Assembly: GCA_947629225.1 (NCBI GenBank)
Contig: CANRCY010000001.1
Coordinates: forward strand, 1-38,598
Length of the DNA: 38,598 nucleotides
Direction: 5' to 3'
DNA from: an uncultured Clostridia bacterium
GTDB lineage: Bacteria; Bacillota; Clostridia; Christensenellales; Borkfalkiaceae
Shown here: positions 19,517 through 26,923 of the stretch, in pieces
Numbering within the stretch: position 1 is the stretch's first letter
Layout: every line of letters begins with the position of its first letter
Made by a program: the position numbers and the translations under genes
The notes under the pieces: generated by a model
The model's input: the letters and a program-made list of their open reading frames with translations, nothing else
What the model was told of the DNA's origin: nothing
Database searches by the model: none

Positions 19517-20770
19517 ATGATCAACATTCCAAAAGGGACAAAAGACGTGCTTCCGAGCGACGTTTATAAGTGGCAGTACATCGAAGACGTCGCCCGTAAA
19601 ACTGCACACGGGTACGGTTTTGCGGAAATCCGCACCCCCGTTTTCGAACACACCGAGCTCTTTTTGCGCGGCGTGGGGGAGACGACGGACGTCGTCGGCA
19701 AAGAGATGTATACCTTCCTCGACAAGGGGGGACGCTCCATTACCCTCCGCCCCGAGGGCACGGCGGGGGTCGCGCGCGCGTTCGTCGAAAACGGCTTGCA
19801 GGGCGGCGCGATGCCCTTTAAGGCGTATTACCTCTTTTCCGCCTACCGCTACGAACGCCCGCAGGCGGGAAGGCTCCGCGAGTTCCACCAATTCGGCGCG
19901 GAACTGTACGGCGCTTCCTCTCCCTCGGCAGACGCGGAAGTCATCGCCCTTGCGGACGGTTTCCTCAAAAATTTGGGGCTCGGACATGTGCGGCTGAATC
20001 TCAATTCCATCGGCTGTCCCGCATGCCGCGCGAAATATCAGGAAGCGCTCCGCGACTATTTCCGCCCCCACCTTTCCGAAATGTGCCCCGATTGCAACGA
20101 ACGTTTCGCAAAAAACCCCATGCGCATGATCGACTGCAAAGAGGAGGGCTGTAAAAAATTCACGGCGGGCGCGCCGCGTATGCTCGACTTCTTGTGCGAC
20201 GACTGCAAAGCGCACTTCGAAGAGGTGAAATCCCTCTTGTCTGGGGCGGGGATCGAATTTTATATCGACCCTTCCATTGTGCGCGGGCTCGACTATTACA
20301 GCCGCACGGTGTTCGAATTCACTTCTTCCGCGGCGGGCGCGCAGGGCACGGTGCTCGGCGGGGGAAGATACGACGGGCTTCTGTCCCAACTCGGCGCAAA
20401 GCCCACACCCGCGGTCGGGTTCGGAGCGGGCATCGAACGGCTCCTGATGGTGCTCGAAGCGGAGGACGTGCAAATCCCGACCCCCGAGGGCGTTACCTGC
20501 TATCTGCTCGGCATGGACGGCAAGAGCCGCCAAAAGGCATTTCTCCTTGCGGAAGAGCTGAGAAAGGCGGGCGTCTCCTGCGAGACCGACCTCATGGAGC
20601 GTTCGGTGAAGGCGCAGTTCAAATATGCGGACAAGCTCGGCGCGAAGTTCGTCGCCGTCATCGGCGAGAGCGAACTTGCAGAGGGAGCCGCCGAAGTCAA
20701 AAACATGCAAAACTCTCTCTCCGAACGGGTGAAATTCGAAGAGCTTGCACAATATATCAACGAGAGGTGA
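19517..20770 (+). CDS. hisS: histidine--tRNA ligase, 417 aa
   Basis: MINIPKGTKDVLP...FAEIRTPVFEHTELF...LRPEGTAGVARA...GGGRYDGL are class II HisRS motifs. AAGGAG lies upstream of the ATG. Confidence 0.95.
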   Translation: MINIPKGTKDVLPSDVYKWQYIEDVARKTAHGYGFAEIRTPVFEHTELFLRGVGETTDVVGKEMYTFLDKGGRSITLRPEGTAGVARAFVENGLQGGAMPFKAYYLFSAYRYERPQAGRLREFHQFGAELYGASSPSADAEVIALADGFLKNLGLGHVRLNLNSIGCPACRAKYQEALRDYFRPHLSEMCPDCNERFAKNPMRMIDCKEEGCKKFTAGAPRMLDFLCDDCKAHFEEVKSLLSGAGIEFYIDPSIVRGLDYYSRTVFEFTSSAAGAQGTVLGGGRYDGLLSQLGAKPTPAVGFGAGIERLLMVLEAEDVQIPTPEGVTCYLLGMDGKSRQKAFLLAEELRKAGVSCETDLMERSVKAQFKYADKLGAKFVAVIGESELAEGAAEVKNMQNSLSERVKFEELAQYINER

Positions 20771-20774
20771 AGAG

Positions 20775-21086
20775 ATGGTCAAGGAAATGACGGGAAAGGA
20801 ACTCGATGAACTTGTGGCGACGGGAAAGAAGGTCGTGTGCGACTTTTTCGCGACCTGGTGCGGACCGTGCAGAATGCTCGCGCCCGTGATGGAGGAGCTC
20901 AGCGAAGAGTTCCCCGAGGCGGCGTTCGCCAAAGTGGACGTGGACAAGAACGGAGATTTAGCCGCTTCGCTCAACGTCTTCTCCATTCCCGACGTGTTCG
21001 TGTTCGACGGGGGAGAGGTCAAGGCGCATAACCTCGGCTACCTTCCCAAGGAACAGATGAAGGAATTTTTGAAAGCCAATCTTTGA
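20775..21086 (+). CDS. trxA: thioredoxin, 103 aa
   Basis: The WCGPC active site is present (DFFATWCGPCRMLAP). The ATG lies 5 nt after the hisS stop. The ORF-track start at 20745 lies inside hisS. Confidence 0.92.
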   Translation: MVKEMTGKELDELVATGKKVVCDFFATWCGPCRMLAPVMEELSEEFPEAAFAKVDVDKNGDLAASLNVFSIPDVFVFDGGEVKAHNLGYLPKEQMKEFLKANL

Positions 21087-21092
21087 AAATAT

Positions 21093-21124
21093 GCGCCGCC
21101 GCGGGTGACTGCCCGCGGCGGCGC
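21093..21124 (+). terminator. GC-rich hairpin after trxA (candidate terminator)
   Basis: gcgccgccgcggg-tgactg-cccgcggcggcgc is a 13-bp perfect stem. It is followed only by tt, so it has a weak U-tail. Confidence 0.55.
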
Positions 21125-21161
21125 TTCCGAAAGGGAATTTTTCGCAATCCCTTTGAAAGGG

Positions 21162-21190
21162 TTGATATTTCGCAAAATTCATGATATACT
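21162..21190 (+). promoter_or_regulatory. candidate promoter of the 21221 lipoprotein gene
   Basis: TTGATA, a 17-nt spacer ending in TGa, then TATACT. Confidence 0.55.
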
Positions 21191-21220
21191 GTATCGGAGC
21201 TCTGTTTTGGGAGAAAGGAC

Positions 21221-21910
21221 ATGAAGCATAAAATCATCGCGCTTGCCGCCGTCGCCGCGGCGATCTGCATGGCGGCGGGGTTTGCGGCTTGCAAACCGCA
21301 GGGGACGGAGCCCGAACACGAGCATTCTTACGGGGATTGGATCAGCGGTCCCGAGACCCATTGGAGAGAGTGCGAGACCTGCCACGAGAAATTCGCCGAG
21401 GCGAAGCATTCCTACCGCAATGTCGTAGGGCAGAATTATACGGTCTATCTGAACGGCAGTATGCCGAACCCCATATTGAGGCTCAGTGCGGAGGGGAGTT
21501 CCAATGAGATCCTCGTCAAGGAAGTTTGGGTGTGCGTCCAATCGGAAACGGCTTCGCTCCGCGTTTCGTACTCCGCTTCGGAGGGGGGAACGTTCGCAAG
21601 CAATGCGGAGATCCCCGCGGGAAGCAGCGGTTGGACGAAAGCGGGATTCCCCGCGGCGGGAATGCTGCTCTCGGCGGCTTCCTATTTCCGTCTGGATGCG
21701 GTCGGCAGCGATATTACCGTTCAGGAGATCGTCTTTTTGGGGTGCCGCACGGGCGCGGAAGAGGAGCTCTTCTTGCTCACGCCCGAGATCGTGGGCGCGA
21801 CGGGGCAGGAATACAACCGCCAGAAGGGGCTCATCGACGCGCAACAGTTCCCCAACGAAAAGAGGGAATGCTATCTGTGCCACTACCCCGAGCCCAAGAC
21901 GCAGGAGTGA
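21221..21910 (+). CDS. predicted lipoprotein, 229 aa, function unknown
   Basis: The signal peptide MKHKIIALAAVAAAICMAAGFAAC has a lipobox-like FAAC. It is followed by a His/Cys segment (EHEHSYGDW...HWRECETCHEKF...HSY). Codon usage is host-like. Confidence 0.8.
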   Translation: MKHKIIALAAVAAAICMAAGFAACKPQGTEPEHEHSYGDWISGPETHWRECETCHEKFAEAKHSYRNVVGQNYTVYLNGSMPNPILRLSAEGSSNEILVKEVWVCVQSETASLRVSYSASEGGTFASNAEIPAGSSGWTKAGFPAAGMLLSAASYFRLDAVGSDITVQEIVFLGCRTGAEEELFLLTPEIVGATGQEYNRQKGLIDAQQFPNEKRECYLCHYPEPKTQE

Positions 21911-21920
21911 GTTGATTGGG

Positions 21921-22046
21921 TGGAGATGTTTCGACTGCGGCTACGCCTTCGCTCAACATGACGTATTTAACCCCTCAGTCTCGCTTTGCTCGACAGCTCC
22001 CCTATAGGGGCGCCAAGGGGAAAGCCCGACAAGGGGCGCCAAGGGT
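21921..22046. repeat. interspersed hairpin-repeat modules
   Basis: gagatgtttcgactgcggctacgccttcgctcaacatgac lies at 21923-21962. cccctcagtctcgctttgctcgacagctcccctataggggcgcc lies at 21971-22014. These are followed by aaggggaaagcccgacaaggggcgccaaggg. Confidence 0.8.
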
Positions 22047-22077
22047 TTTAGAATTTTGAGAGAGAAGAAACAACCGA

Positions 22078-22195
22078 ATATCTTTGGGGCGGAGTGAAAG
22101 TCTCCACCGGCAGTAAAGTCTGCGAAGGGCGCACGGCGCCCCCGAGCGGGTGAAATTCCCGCACCGACGGTCATAGTCCGGATGAAAAAAGAAAT
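22078..22195 (+). promoter_or_regulatory. FMN riboswitch (RFN element) aptamer
   Basis: cuuuGGGGCGGAGUGAAAGUCUCCACCGGCAGUAAAGUCUGCGA...GGGUGAAAUUCCCGCACCGACGGUCAUAGUCCGGAUGAAAAAAG matches the conserved RFN core segments (GGGGC.GGGUGAAA.UCCC.ACCGGCGGUA ... CCGAC.GU.A.AGUC.GGAUG). It lies directly upstream of a RibU-type riboflavin transporter gene. Confidence 0.85.
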
Positions 22196-22201
22196 TTTTT
22201 T

Positions 22202-22235
22202 GGCGCGCGCCCCCGTTCCCACGGGGGCGCGCGCC
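22202..22235 (+). other. perfect 14-bp GC hairpin between the FMN aptamer and the ribU RBS (expression platform?)
   Basis: ggcgcgcgcccccg-ttccca-cgggggcgcgcgcc is preceded, not followed, by a T7 run. The AAGGAG RBS starts 6 nt downstream. Confidence 0.5.
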
Positions 22236-22252
22236 GCGATAAGGAGTACGTT

Positions 22253-23005
22253 ATGAAAACAAAGAGCAGATTTTTCAGCACGACGCGGATTGTGATGATC
22301 GCGCTTTTCGGCGCGCTTGCGGGACTTTTACATATCGCGAAGTTTCCGCTCCCGTTCGCCTTCCCGGGCTTTTTGGAATTCGATTTTTCAGACATTCCGC
22401 TCTTTATCGGCACTTTCGCGCTCGGACCCATCTCCGGGTGCTTGATCGTCGTCGTGAAACTGCTGGTGAAACTCGTCTGTATAGGGACTTCCAATATGTT
22501 CGTCGGGGAACTCGCAAATCTTTTGATCGGGTTCGGTTTCGTCATTCCGGCGGGGCTCCTCTACAAGCGTTTCCGCACATGGAAGGGCGCTTTGCTCGCC
22601 ATGGGCGTCGGGACGCTCTCCTCCGTCGCGGTCGCCATCCTCGCGAACCGCTTCCTCCTCATTCCCTTCTATGTAAATATCACCTTCCAAGGGAATTGGG
22701 AACTCTTGCTCGACCCGATGCAAAAATTGTTCCCGAGCATCACGCAGGCGACGTTCTATCGGTTTTATCTCTGGGTCTCCGTTCTTCCCTTCAACGTGAT
22801 GCGCTGTCTCATCGCGGGGGTGGTGACCTTTGTCGTTTACAAACACATCTCCCGTTTTATCAACCGCATCGGCGAACGGCTCGAACCGAAGGGAGGGGAC
22901 GAAAAGGGCGTCCGCACGCGAGACGTTGTCGTGACCGCCGTCTGTATCGCCGTCGTGTTGTTGCTCGTCCTCTTTGCGTTGCTCCGCTATTTTCTTTGGG
23001 AATAG
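22253..23005 (+). CDS. ribU: ECF-transporter S component for riboflavin (RibU-like), 250 aa
   Basis: The polytopic membrane protein contains LHIAKFPLPFAFPGFLEFDFSDIPLFIGTFALGPISG, which resembles the RibU/YpaA N-terminal region. It is FMN-riboswitch controlled. Confidence 0.85.
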   Translation: MKTKSRFFSTTRIVMIALFGALAGLLHIAKFPLPFAFPGFLEFDFSDIPLFIGTFALGPISGCLIVVVKLLVKLVCIGTSNMFVGELANLLIGFGFVIPAGLLYKRFRTWKGALLAMGVGTLSSVAVAILANRFLLIPFYVNITFQGNWELLLDPMQKLFPSITQATFYRFYLWVSVLPFNVMRCLIAGVVTFVVYKHISRFINRIGERLEPKGGDEKGVRTRDVVVTAVCIAVVLLLVLFALLRYFLWE

Positions 23006-23018
23006 TTTCCCAAAATTC

Positions 23019-23047
23019 TTGCAAAAATTGCCCGTATCGGATATAAT
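23019..23047 (+). promoter_or_regulatory. promoter of the tsaE operon
   Basis: TTGCAA, a 17-nt spacer, then TATAAT. The -10 element ends only 8 nt before the tsaE ATG. Confidence 0.6.
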
Positions 23048-23055
23048 ATACCCGT

Positions 23056-23457
23056 ATGGCAACGTTTGTTTCGCACTCCCCCGAAGAGACCCTTCTCTGG
23101 GCGGAAAAATACGCCGAGACTCTCCGCGCGGGAGATACCGTCCTTCTCGACGGCGATATGGGCGCGGGGAAAACGGTCCTCGCAAAGGGAATTGCAAGAG
23201 GGCTCGGGATTTCGGACGAGATCACAAGCCCCACCTATGCCTACGTCAATACCTATGGGGAGAAGCTCTTCCATTTCGACTGTTACCGCATTGCGAGCGA
23301 ACGGCAGGCGGTCGAGCTCGGCTTTTGCGATTACTTCTTATCGGGCGGGATCTGCCTCGTGGAGTGGAGTGAGAATATTGCGGGTCTTTTGCCCGAAAAC
23401 TGCAAACGGGTGCGCATTTCGGGAATGGGAGAGGGTCCTCGGGAGATCGAATTTTGA
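23056..23457 (+). CDS. tsaE: tRNA threonylcarbamoyladenosine biosynthesis ATPase TsaE, 133 aa
   Basis: LLDGDMGAGKTVLAKGIARGLG is the P-loop. ITSPTYAY and FHFDCYR motifs are present. Confidence 0.9.
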   Translation: MATFVSHSPEETLLWAEKYAETLRAGDTVLLDGDMGAGKTVLAKGIARGLGISDEITSPTYAYVNTYGEKLFHFDCYRIASERQAVELGFCDYFLSGGICLVEWSENIAGLLPENCKRVRISGMGEGPREIEF

Positions 23458-24062
23458 AATTTTTGGCATTCGATACGGGCGGAAAATATCTGTCCGTCAT
23501 CGCATTCAACGGAAAAGAGGCGGCGAAAATTTATCTCGGCGACCCCGCCATGAAGCACTCCGTTTTGCTCATGGACAAGATCGATGAGGCATTGGCTCGG
23601 GCGCACATGTCCGCCGCCGAATGCGACTTTTTCGCGACCGTCATCGGTCCCGGTTCCTTTACGGGCATCCGCATCGGGATTGCCACCGCAAAGGGGCTCT
23701 GCGCCGCGCTCTCCAAGCCCGCGCTCGCCGTCACTTCCTTCGACTGTATCGCATACAATGGGGAGAGCGAAAAAAGGCTCGCCCTCGTCGACGCGGGACG
23801 CGGGGAGCTTTACGCCTGCGGCTATGAGGGGGATAAGATCGTGTTCGGACCTGCGATCCTGCCGATTCCGCAGGCGGAAGCCCTCGTAAAAGAGGGATAT
23901 GTTCCACTTTCGGCGGAGCCCGTCCCCATGGAGAGCAGACGCGCCGACCCCTGCGAGGGGCTCCTCTGCGCCGTGCTCGCAAACAAAGAAAATACCCTGC
24001 CGCCCGACGGGCTGCACGCCTTTTATATGAGAAGATCTTCGGCGGAGGAGAACCGCAAATGA
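23454..24062 (+). CDS. tsaB: tRNA threonylcarbamoyladenosine biosynthesis protein TsaB, 202 aa
   Basis: MKFLAFDTGG...VIGPGSFTGIRIGIATAKGL is present. The TTG start overlaps the tsaE stop (TTGA). Confidence 0.88.
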   Translation: MKFLAFDTGGKYLSVIAFNGKEAAKIYLGDPAMKHSVLLMDKIDEALARAHMSAAECDFFATVIGPGSFTGIRIGIATAKGLCAALSKPALAVTSFDCIAYNGESEKRLALVDAGRGELYACGYEGDKIVFGPAILPIPQAEALVKEGYVPLSAEPVPMESRRADPCEGLLCAVLANKENTLPPDGLHAFYMRRSSAEENRK

Positions 24063-24493
24063 ACGGCAGATTTTGGACGTTTGAGGATTTGAACGAGATC
24101 GCCGCGCTCGAAAAGGAGTGTTTCCCGAGCGACGCATGGAACGTGCGTATGCTTGCCGAAGCCTTTCTCTCGGGGCGGTTTATCGGCGTTCTCCTCGAAG
24201 AGGACGGCGCGGTCACCGCATACGGCGGGGTGAACTACGTCGAGGAAGAGGGGGAACTCGAACTCATCGCGACCGCCGAAATGTACCGCCGCTGCGGACG
24301 GGGGAAGAAGGTGCTCGACGACCTCATCGCCGAGGCGAAAAAACGGGGGGTAAAGCGGCTCTTCCTCGAAGTGCGCGTCTCCAACACGCCCGCGCTTCTG
24401 TTCTATCTCGCAAACGGCTTTAACGGATTGTACGCGCGCTCGCGTTACTACGAAAACGGCGAGGACGCGCTCGTCATGACAAAGGAGCTCTGA
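24059..24493 (+). CDS. rimI: GNAT N-acetyltransferase, RimI-like, 144 aa
   Basis: The GNAT core is ...IATAEMYRRCGRGKKVLDDLIAEAKKRG...LEVRVSNTPALLFYLANGF. Its position after tsaE-tsaB fits RimI. The ATG overlaps the tsaB stop (ATGA). Confidence 0.8.
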   Translation: MNGRFWTFEDLNEIAALEKECFPSDAWNVRMLAEAFLSGRFIGVLLEEDGAVTAYGGVNYVEEEGELELIATAEMYRRCGRGKKVLDDLIAEAKKRGVKRLFLEVRVSNTPALLFYLANGFNGLYARSRYYENGEDALVMTKEL

Positions 24494-25198
24494 TTGGAAG
24501 TTTCCGTTCTCCGCAGGGGAAGGGGGCGCGACCTCGTTTTTCTGCACGGTTACCTCGCGACAAAGGAGAGTTTCTTTCCGCAGATCGAATATTTTTCCGA
24601 TTTTTACCGCGTGACGGCGTTCGACTTTCCCGGGTTCGGCAAAAGCGCGCCCATCCCCGCCGCATGGTCGGTGGGCGACTACGCCGACTGGACGGAGGAT
24701 TTTTTGAAAAAAGAGGGGATTTCCTTCCCGCTCGTTATCGCCCATTCCTTCGGCGGGCGGGTGGCAGTCAAGTGCCTTGCGCGCGGCAACCTGTTCGACC
24801 GCGCCGTGCTGTGCGGCTGCGCGGGGATCCGCCCGAGACGGACGATCGGCTACTATGCGCAAGTGTACGCCTATAAATTCGTGCGGAAGATCGCACCCAT
24901 GTATGCAAAAACGCACTTCGGGAGCGAGGAATACCGCACGCTCTCTCCCCTGATGCGGGAGAGCTATAAAAAGATCGTAAACGAGGATCTGCGCGGGGAC
25001 GCGGAGAAAATTTCCCGCCCCGTGCTCTTTATCAACGGCGAAAACGACACCGCGACGCCGCCCTCTTCGGCGAAAATTTATCAAAACTGCGTGAAGGGGA
25101 GCAAGCGACTCGTTCTGCGGGGGTGCGGGCATTTTTGCCACCTCGACGACCCGCTCGCCTTCGACCTGGCGGCAGAGGAGTTTTTCAATGACGTTTGA
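24494..25198 (+). CDS. alpha/beta-fold hydrolase, 234 aa
   Basis: LVFLHGYL...FDFPGFGKS...IAHSFGGRVA is the nucleophile-elbow context. A C-terminal GCGHFCHLD is present. The TTG start follows the rimI stop immediately, so the start is uncertain. Confidence 0.7.
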   Translation: MEVSVLRRGRGRDLVFLHGYLATKESFFPQIEYFSDFYRVTAFDFPGFGKSAPIPAAWSVGDYADWTEDFLKKEGISFPLVIAHSFGGRVAVKCLARGNLFDRAVLCGCAGIRPRRTIGYYAQVYAYKFVRKIAPMYAKTHFGSEEYRTLSPLMRESYKKIVNEDLRGDAEKISRPVLFINGENDTATPPSSAKIYQNCVKGSKRLVLRGCGHFCHLDDPLAFDLAAEEFFNDV

Positions 25199-26783
25199 AA
25201 TGCGGCAATATCTTTACGGACTCATCGCGGGCGCGGTCGCGGCTTACTTCTGCGCCCTCTTTTCCGTGCGTCTTGCGGGGCTTTTGCAACAGAGCGGCTA
25301 CCGCGGCGGACGCTTCCTCAAATGGTACTTCCGCCGTGGAAATATCCAGCGCAAACGCCTCTCCCTGCTTGCGCTCTCGCTCGCGCTTCTCACCGCGTTG
25401 TTTTCCGTCTGTTTCTGCTTTTTGCCCTTTGCGTGGGCGAACCTCATTTCGGCAATCCCCTTTGCGGGGATCGGCGTTTTGTACCTCGTCTCCGAGAAGA
25501 AATTTGCCCTGAAAGTCAAAACGGTACGCACTCCGCGCTTTGTGCGGCTTTTGGCGGCGCACAGCGTTTTGCTCTTCGCGCTCTGCTGCGGCGCGGGGTT
25601 CGGGCTCTCCGCGGCGTCGGTCGCGGTAGGGAAAACATGGTTCTATCTTCTGCGGTTCGTGCCGCTCTCCGTCCTTCCCGCATTGCTCCCGCTCCTGCTC
25701 GCGCTTGCGAACCTTCTCATGTGCGCATATGAACTTCCGCACAACCGCGCATTCGTCCGCAAAGCGCGGAAGGCGCTCTCGGAGAGCAACTGTATCAAGG
25801 TCGGCATTACGGGTAGTTTCGGCAAGACGAGCGTCAAGCACTATGCGCAGGCAATGCTTTCGTCCAAATTTTCGGTGATCGCGACCCCCGCCTCCTACAA
25901 TACCCCCGTCGGGATTGCAAAGACGGTGAACGAAGGGGGGCTCGAATGCGATATTTTCCTCGCCGAAATGGGCGCGCGGCGGCGGGGGGACATCAAGGAG
26001 CTCTGCGGGCTCGTTGCGCCCGCGTACGGCGTGATCACGGGGATTTGCCCCCAACATATCGAAACTTTCGGCTCTCTCGAAGAAATCCGCAGGGAGAAGG
26101 GCGAGCTTGCCGCCTGCGCGAAGACCCTTGTGCTCGGCGCGAGCGCGGACCTTCCCGCGGAGGGAGCGGATAAAGTCTTGCGCGAGGGGATCGACTTCGC
26201 CGCCGAGGACGTGGAGCTCTCTGCCGAAGGGGTGCGGTTCTGCCTGCGGCTTGGGGAAGAGCGCGTCAACATTTCCGCGCGGCTGTTCGGCAGACACGCC
26301 GCCGAGGACATCGCGCTCGCCGCGGCGCTCTGCTCGCTCTTCGGCATGACGGCGGAGGAGATCGCAAAAGAGGCGGAAAAATTACAGCCCGCGCCGCACA
26401 GGTTACAGCTGCTCAGAGCCAACGGGCTGAATATTCTCGACGACAGCTACAATTCCAACATCGAGGGGGCGAAAAACGCGGCGGAGGCGTTCGGGCTCTT
26501 CCCGGGGCGGCGGTACGTCGTGACGCCCGGGCTTGTGGAGCTCGGCGCGCTCGAAGAGGAGAAGAACAGGGAACTCGGCGCGCTTCTCACGGGGTTCGAG
26601 GTCATTTTGGTGGGCGAGACCCTCGTTCTGCCCGTGCGGAGAGGGTATCTCGACGCGGGCGGGGACGAAGCCCGTATCCGCACCGTTCCCACGCTCGAAA
26701 AGGCGCAGGAACTGCTCGCGGCGGAACTCGCCGCGGGGGACAGCGTGCTCTTCCTCAACGACCTGCCCGATATTTACCGCTAA
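25188..26783 (+). CDS. murF: Mur ligase family protein, MurF-like (UDP-MurNAc-peptide D-Ala-D-Ala ligase), with an N-terminal multi-TM region, 531 aa
   Basis: ITGSFGKTSVKHY is the P-loop. NTPVGIAKT, LAEMGARRRGDIKEL, CPQHIETFGSLEEIRREKGEL and ILDDSYNSN resemble MurF motifs. ddl is adjacent. The first ~185 aa contain about 5 hydrophobic segments. Confidence 0.8.
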   Translation: MTFEMRQYLYGLIAGAVAAYFCALFSVRLAGLLQQSGYRGGRFLKWYFRRGNIQRKRLSLLALSLALLTALFSVCFCFLPFAWANLISAIPFAGIGVLYLVSEKKFALKVKTVRTPRFVRLLAAHSVLLFALCCGAGFGLSAASVAVGKTWFYLLRFVPLSVLPALLPLLLALANLLMCAYELPHNRAFVRKARKALSESNCIKVGITGSFGKTSVKHYAQAMLSSKFSVIATPASYNTPVGIAKTVNEGGLECDIFLAEMGARRRGDIKELCGLVAPAYGVITGICPQHIETFGSLEEIRREKGELAACAKTLVLGASADLPAEGADKVLREGIDFAAEDVELSAEGVRFCLRLGEERVNISARLFGRHAAEDIALAAALCSLFGMTAEEIAKEAEKLQPAPHRLQLLRANGLNILDDSYNSNIEGAKNAAEAFGLFPGRRYVVTPGLVELGALEEEKNRELGALLTGFEVILVGETLVLPVRRGYLDAGGDEARIRTVPTLEKAQELLAAELAAGDSVLFLNDLPDIYR

Positions 26784-26804
26784 ATAAGGAATTTTGATTT
26801 TCAG

Positions 26805-26837
26805 ACACCGAAGAAGACCCCTTCGGTGTTTTTTTTG
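26805..26837 (+). terminator. intrinsic terminator after murF
   Basis: acaccgaag-aagaccc-cttcggtgt is a 9-bp stem followed by T8. Confidence 0.85.
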
Positions 26838-26850
26838 CGGAAAAAATTGC

Positions 26851-26888
26851 GCCGCCCGCCTTTTTCCGACGGAAAAAAGGCGGGCGGC
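26851..26888. repeat. long inverted repeat (17-bp stem) between murF and ddl
   Basis: gccgcccgcctttttcc-gac-ggaaaaaaggcgggcggc has one extra A in the right arm. No U-tail follows on either strand. Confidence 0.6.
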
Positions 26889-26923
26889 AGACCCAAGCAG
26901 ACCAAATTATAAGGAGAGAAAAT

